From: Oikopleura dioica | Lineage: Eukaryota; Animalia; Chordata | Direction: 5' to 3' | Assembly (NCBI GenBank): GCA_907165135.1 | Contig: OU015567.1 | Span: 16,058,001-16,122,000, forward strand | Length of the DNA stretch: 64,000 bases | Part shown: one piece after another, positions 58,033-64,000 of the stretch | Layout: each line of letters starts with the position of its first letter | How positions within the stretch are numbered: the first letter of the stretch is position 1 | Translations under genes and position numbers: made by a program | The notes under the pieces: model-generated | The model's database searches: none | What the model saw: only the letters and a program-made list of their open reading frames with translations | Told to the model about the DNA's origin: nothing

Positions 58033-59195
58033 GTACTGTCAGTTGTCGGAGCTTGTTGGTTATTTGTATCTTTATTGTTACGAACACGGCAATTTCTTCC
58101 AATATGGCCAAAACGGCGGCATTCATAACACTGAATTTTCGGACAATTTGGTTTGATGTGACCGTGCATTCCGCAATTGCGGCAAATTCTAGGAGGAAAA
58201 AATTGACTGGGGAATGGTTGACCCGAAAATCCTTGATTTTGTTGCCCGGGCGCTTGAAATGCTGAATTGAAAAACCCATGACCAAACGAACTAGGAGGGG
58301 CGCTTTGCAAGCCCTGGCGACGAATAATCTCGGTTTCATTTTTTTCAAAAGAAGCACTCTCTTTTTTCTCAGCTTCAAGCCTTGCAATTGTTGCAGTCAA
58401 CTTTTCGATAGACTGAGCGAGCTCGGAATTCTTGCGCTCGTAATTTGCTTCCATCTGCTCAAACCGGGAATCAAGAAGCTCACTTGTTTTGTCAGTAAAG
58501 AAAGCCGCAAAATCCCGATGAGAACTTATGGCAGAAACATGGGCACTCAAATAGCGCTCCCGCTCATCCAAAAAAGCTACTTTCTCTGCCATTGATTTTT
58601 TACCATGACCATGGTCACGTAGAAAACTTTGATTGCAGGGCTCGATATTTTTGGCCATGTGCTGATCGACAATAAAACTTTGGGCGTCGGGCTTGTCGTT
58701 TATGATCTCTGCGATAGATCGAACCCTTTTCATAAAGGAAGAATACTTCTCATTGTTTTCAGATCTCCTTGTCAAATTTTCAAGTTCGCCCAAGGCCCGT
58801 TCGCGCCTCTCCTCGTCCGTTTCTAACCCGAAAAGCGATTCCAAAAAAGAAAACGCTTCTTCTTCCTTATCAAAACCGGACATTTCTCTCCCATAGTTAT
58901 TCAAAAATTCAGTAGAGCAATTATTTCGAATACAATCAACTGCCTGTCGCTCAAATTGCGCAACAAGCTCAGTTTCCTCAGATTCCCGTTTATGATCTTT
59001 TATACTTTTACGAAAAATTTTTTTCATATTCGAAATTTTATCGCACAGACTTTTTTTGGACACGGTAAATTCGTAAGCCTGCATGTTTGGCCGAAACAGC
59101 TGGCGTTGATTCAAAAATGGAAAGGGTTGAAAAAGGATTTCCTCTGGCATTCGAGTTACCTTTGTGTGATGATCCGGTTCCGGAGTGGGCACCAT
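58020..59195 (-). CDS. gag: B2 Gag, intact (391 aa), two CCHC knuckles
   Basis: MVPTPEPD...; CRNCGMHGHIKPNC and CYECRRFGHIGRNC. Confidence 0.93.
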   Translation of the reverse strand: MVPTPEPDHHTKVTRMPEEILFQPFPFLNQRQLFRPNMQAYEFTVSKKSLCDKISNMKKIFRKSIKDHKRESEETELVAQFERQAVDCIRNNCSTEFLNNYGREMSGFDKEEEAFSFLESLFGLETDEERRERALGELENLTRRSENNEKYSSFMKRVRSIAEIINDKPDAQSFIVDQHMAKNIEPCNQSFLRDHGHGKKSMAEKVAFLDERERYLSAHVSAISSHRDFAAFFTDKTSELLDSRFEQMEANYERKNSELAQSIEKLTATIARLEAEKKESASFEKNETEIIRRQGLQSAPPSSFGHGFFNSAFQAPGQQNQGFSGQPFPSQFFPPRICRNCGMHGHIKPNCPKIQCYECRRFGHIGRNCRVRNNKDTNNQQAPTTDSTKNS

Positions 59196-60201
59196 GATAC
59201 CGTTGGATTGAAACTCTTTTAAATAAATAACTCTAGCTCTGACTCTGCAAAATCTGCAAGAAATTTAACACAAAATTCGGCGGTGTTACGGTTATATTGA
59301 GTATGAAGAGAATGAGGCAGAAATGAAAATTTTTCAAATTTCGCAGCGCGCGCAGCTGCAGCGAATTTCCAAGCGTGTTTTTCTTTCCAAATAAGGAGAC
59401 GCGCGAATTGTTTTTCTCGTTGTTTTCAAATTTTCGTTTCACCATTTTTACGTAACCGCCACCGCCAAGAGAGTTCATTTTAGAAAATCAAATTTCTCAC
59501 TATGTGACCCAGATCATTTCTAAAATAAACCCTCTTTATTTTCGTTTTCGTCTATCAAAAAGCAAGTCCAGTAAGCAAGTCCATAGTCGTTTCCGTTGCG
59601 TTTGTCGTCGTCGTTGTAGTAGTAGTCGTAATCGTAAAAGCCGTCGCCGCTGCCAAAGTCGTCAGCACAGTGCATTCCGTCGTTATTGTAGAAGATGGCC
59701 AGTCGTTCTAAATCGAGCCAGAAAGGAGTTTTGACAACTTTGCCTACCTAGGAGCAGTTACTGATACCGCCATCCCGCGGTGCACGGGGTCACAGTATCA
59801 AGCCTCAAAGAGGAACTCGGCTAGGGGTTGAATCCATCAAGCAGCAGCAAATCGTAAAAACCTGTTGAGCTATTGAAATCAAGGAGGAAAATATCAGAAA
59901 TAGTAAATAAGGAGATGAGTTGTGATTTTCATGCAACCTAAAAGTGTGAGAGAAAAACGCCCAAGGGGCGGTGGCTAATGTGCCTTCAGGGAATGAAATT
60001 ACGCGTACGTAACAGAGAACTACAGTCATGTCTGACTCAGATTGACCTTCTACAATTTTTTCTTTTGAATTTGCGATAAGGCTCAATATCGCTTTTAAAT
60101 GTATGTGATTTTCATGCACATAATCAACCAAATTGGCGCAAATGGACCGTGAGTTTTTCGATTCAATTTTTATTTTTTGTGTTCTTTCCTTATCGTTATC
60201 A
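59195..60201 (-). repeat. B2 5' LTR
   Basis: Direct repeat of 52363-53369. Confidence 0.95.
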
Positions 60202-62582
60202 TTTCAGATAATAAAAATCAAAAAAAAAATCAAGAAAAATTCTGATGCGTTTTTTGGCATTTGCAGATGATTTTCAGGTCATTAAAATCATAAAAAAAAT
60301 CAAGAAAAATTCTGATGCGTTTTTTGGCGTTTTCAGATGATTTTCAGGTCATTAAAATCATAAAAAATCAAGAAAAATTCTGATGCGTTTTTGGCGTTTT
60401 CAGATGATATAAAGGTCATGAAAATCAAAAAATCAAGGAAAATTCTGATGCGTTTTTGGCGTTTTCAGATGATTTTCAGGTCATAAAAATCAAAAAATCA
60501 AGAAAAATTCTGATGCGTTTTTGGCGTTTTCAGATGATTTTTAGGTCATTAAAATCAAAAAATCAAGGAAAATTCTGATGCGTTTTTTGGCGTTTTCAGA
60601 TGATTTTCAGGTCATAAAAATCAAAAAATCAAGAAAAATTCTGATGCGTTTTTCGGCATTTTCAGATGATTTTTAGTTCATGAAAATCAAAAAATCAAGA
60701 AAAATTCTGATGCGTTTTTTGCATTTCAGATGATTTTCAGGTCATAAAAAATCAAAAAAATTTTATGCGTTTTTGGCGTTTTCAGATGATTATTAGGTCA
60801 TAAAAATCAAAATAAAATCAAGGAAAATTCTGATGGGTTTTTGGCATTTTTAGATGATTTTCAGGTCATAAAAATCAAAATAAAATCGAGGAAAATTCTG
60901 ATGCGTTTTTGGCGTTTTCAGATGATTTTCAGGTCATTAAAGTCAAGAAAAAGTCAAGAAAAATTCTGAAGCGTTTTTGGCGTTTTCAGATGATTTTTAA
61001 TTCATAAAAATCATAAAAAATCAAGGAAAATTCTGATGCGTTTTTAAGCGTTTTCAGATGATTTTCAGGTCATTGAAATCAAAAAATCAAGAAAAATTCT
61101 GATGCGTTTTTGGCGTTTTCAGATGATTTTAGGCCATTAAAATCAAAAAATAAAATCAAGAAAAATTCTGATGCGTTTTTGGCGTTTTCAAATGATTTTC
61201 AGGACATAAAAATCAAAAAAATCAAGAAAAATTCTGATGCGTTTTTTGGCGTTTTCAGATGATTTTTAGGTCTTAAAAATCAAAAAAAAAAATCAAGAAA
61301 AATTCTGATGCGTTTTTTGGCGTTTTCAGATGATTTTCAGGCCATAAAAATCAAAACAAAATCAAGAAAAATTCTGATGCGTTTTTTGGCGTTTACAGAT
61401 GATATAAAGGTCATGAAAATCAAAAAAAAATCAAGGAAAATTCTGATGCGTTTTTGGCGTTTTCAGATGATTTTCAGGTCATAAAAATCAAAAAATCAAG
61501 AAAAATTCTGATGCGTTTTTGGCGTTTTCAGATGATTTTTAGGTCATTAAAATCAAAAAAAAATCAAGGAAAATTCTGATGCGTTTTTTTGGCGTTTTCA
61601 GATGATTTTCAGGTCATAAAAATCAAAAAATCAAGAAAAATTCTGATGCGTTTTTCGGCATTTTCAGATGATTTTTAGTTCATGAAAATCAAAAAAATCA
61701 AGAAAAATTCTGATGCGTTTTTGCATTTCAGATGATTTTCAGGTCATAAAAAATCAAAAAAATTTTATGCGTTTTTGGCGTTTTCAGATGATTATTAGGT
61801 CATAAAAATCAAAATAAAATCAAGGAAAATTCTGATGGGTTTTTGGCATTTTTAGATGATTTTCAGGTCATAAAAATCAAAATAAAATCGAGGAAAATTC
61901 TGATGCGTTTTTGGCGTTTTCAGATGATTTTCAGGTCATTAAAGTCAAGAAAAAGTCAAGAAAAATTCTGAAGCGTTTTTTGGCGTTTTCAGATGATTTT
62001 TAATTCATAAAAATCATAAAAAAATCAAGGAAAATTCTGATGCGTTTTTAAGCGTTTTCAGATGATTTTCAGGTCATTGAAATCAAAAAAAAAATCAAGA
62101 AAAATTCTGATGCGTTTTTTGGCGTTTTCAGATGATTTTTAGGCCATTAAAATCAAAAAATAAAATCAAGAAAAATTCTGATGCGTTTTTTGGCGTTTTC
62201 AAATGATTTTCAGGACATAAAAATCAAAAAAATCAAGAAAAATTCTGATGCGTTTTTTGGCGTTTTCAGATGATTTTTAGGTCTTAAAAATCAAAAAAAA
62301 AAATCAAGAAAAATTCTGATGCGTTTTTTGGCGTTTTCAGATGATTTTCAGGCCATAAAAATCAAAACAAAATCAAGAAAAATTCTGATGCGTTTTTTGG
62401 CGTTTACAGATGATTTTCAGTTCATTAAAACCAAAAAAAAAACAAAAAAAATTCTGATGCGTTTTTTGGCGTTTTCAGATGATTTTCAGGCCATAAAAAT
62501 CAAAAAAAATCAAGGAAAATTCTGATGCGTTTTTTGGAGTTTTCAGATGATTTTCAGAACATAAAAATCAAAAAAAAAATCA
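60202..62582 (+). repeat. ~69-bp satellite array, segment 7, containing a ~1-kb tandem duplication
   Basis: Rare variants repeat at ~1.0 kb (GATATAAAGGTCATG at ~60406 and ~61401; CTGATGGG at ~60830 and ~61832). Confidence 0.97.
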
Positions 62583-64000
62583 CATATCTTTCATGATATT
62601 TTTTCAAATGATCCGCATGTCTTCTATATTCTTTGTCTCCAGATTTAACTACATACCACGTGCCCTCGGTCGATTTTGAAATAACTTTAAATGGGCCCAA
62701 AAAAGCTGGTTTTTTTGCATGAAAATTTTTAATTAAAACCGAATCACCAATTTTGTAGGGAAGAAATTTGGGATTGGAAAACTTTTTCAATCTAGCTGTT
62801 TTTTCCTCGTCTAAAAGGTTTTTAATATTTCGAAAATTAATATTAGCTTTTTCATAAGCTCTAAAATTTGGATCAATTATATCATGTGGATTTTTAAAAC
62901 CTGTTTCTGACTTCTGAAAATGACGCTTTTAAATTTATCAAGTAAAATTTTTGAATCTCTTGATTTTAGTGGCTCACAATAAGTAAATTTGGAGAAAAAA
63001 TCAATCATAACCATCACATATTTATGTCCTAAATCAGTTGGCGGCAGCGTAATAAGGTCAAATCCAAAAACTTCAAACGGGCCATCTGGAGTCCTAAATG
63101 TCAAAATCGGGGCTTTATTAGGATGAAAATTCGGTTTTTCTTTTTGGCAAAACGAGCATGTTCTAATAAACTCTTTGATTCCAATTCTCATTTTTGGCCA
63201 AATATACTTAGATGAAATTTTTGCGAACACTTGATCAATGCCCGCGTGACAGTACTCATGGTAATTTTTAATGATTTCTACCTCTGCGTTTTTCGGAACC
63301 AAAATTCGACGATTTCCTGATTCGTCTCGGTAAATTATTTCACCGCTTCTTTCTACAGATAAATTATCTCTTAAAAGCGAATAGAAATTAATATCACCTT
63401 TTGGATTAATTGGCCATCGATCGATACTCAAATATTTTCTTATTTCTACTAAAATTGGGTCAACTTTTTGTAAGTCGCAAAATTCTTGTTGTGAAAATTT
63501 TATCGAGTTAATCAAATTTGGACGTTCATTATTCATTTCTCTACTCAAACAATCGCTGATTTTCATTTTTGAAGAAGGCTTTAAGATTATTCTAAAAGAA
63601 AACCCTTGAATTTCAGTGACCCACCGGGCGATTTTTTGATTATTTGTTCGAAGAGACCTTACATACTTCATATTCGAATTATCTGTTATCCAATCAAAAT
63701 CTGTAAAAGAAAGATAAACCGCCCATTTTGTCATGCACGTTTTAGCGGAAAAAAGTTCTTTTTCGAGAATTGTGTATTTAACTTGCGCTTCATTAAAATT
63801 ACCACTTGTATATTCCACGGGAATCAAACACTCCGATGAATGATGATGAGTCTCGCTACGACAATTATCTCCACAAATATAGAGTACACCTCCATAACCA
63901 CTAGATGAGGCATCTGTTTCTAATACAAAAAAACCTTTATCCGCCGGCGGAATTCTTAATTTCATGGCGTTTTCACAAATAATTTTCTTAAGATTTAGAA
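62583..64000 (-). pseudogene. pol: B-like gypsy pol fragment (RNase H-integrase) with an internal deletion, 3'-truncated at the satellite
   Basis: ORF 62877-63965 resembles B1/B2 Pol up to KFKSVIFR, then jumps near 62910 to ETGFKNPHD, losing the DNAREH..GQVEN part of the catalytic core. It ends after RRHADHLKKYHERY with no C-terminal repeats or LTR, and runs off the window upstream. Confidence 0.9.

Larger units (their letters stand above)
52363..60201 (-). mobile_element. Full-length, apparently intact Ty3/gypsy LTR retrotransposon, subfamily B2
   Basis: LTRs 52363-53369 and 59195-60201 (1007 bp each, one difference seen); TSD TTTCA (52358-62 and 60202-06); gag and pol both uninterrupted. 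Confidence 0.97.

Noticed and set aside
57932-58595. Antisense and alternate-frame ORFs over gag/pol (e.g. 57864-58265, 57932-58387, 13939-14253, 2301-2603)
   Set aside because: Shadow ORFs of long coding regions with no motifs or cross-subfamily conservation.

Overview
Eukaryotic, AT-rich, heterochromatin- or centromere-like window; no prokaryotic features. Bases 1-4718 hold a decayed Ty3/gypsy pol, an orphan exon-like ORF and a short ~165-bp tandem repeat. From 4719 the window is one co-oriented ~69-bp satellite array with higher-order structure (about 16 kb in 7 segments). It is interrupted by five full-length and two truncated env-less Ty3/gypsy LTR retrotransposons of one clade, named here A1, A2 (two copies), B1 (one full, one truncated), B2 and a B-like fragment. 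Full-length copies have TGATA...TATCA termini and 5-bp target-site duplications (TSDs) in satellite DNA; none is nested in another. Shared features, read by eye across subfamilies: (i) the integrase ends in two SAP/HeH-like repeats instead of a chromodomain; (ii) the gag ATG is made from the last LTR base plus the first PBS bases, and only TGGTG of the PBS is conserved; (iii) a short hairpin sits where the polypurine tract should be; (iv) a covarying three-way-junction RNA and an 11-nt palindrome lie inside otherwise dissimilar LTRs; (v) gag-pol are joined by an A_AAA_AAC plus stem -1 frameshift signal. The B2 copy (52363-60201) looks intact. A TA-flanked MITE disrupts A1 gag. All alignments, folds and domain calls are manual and need computational confirmation.
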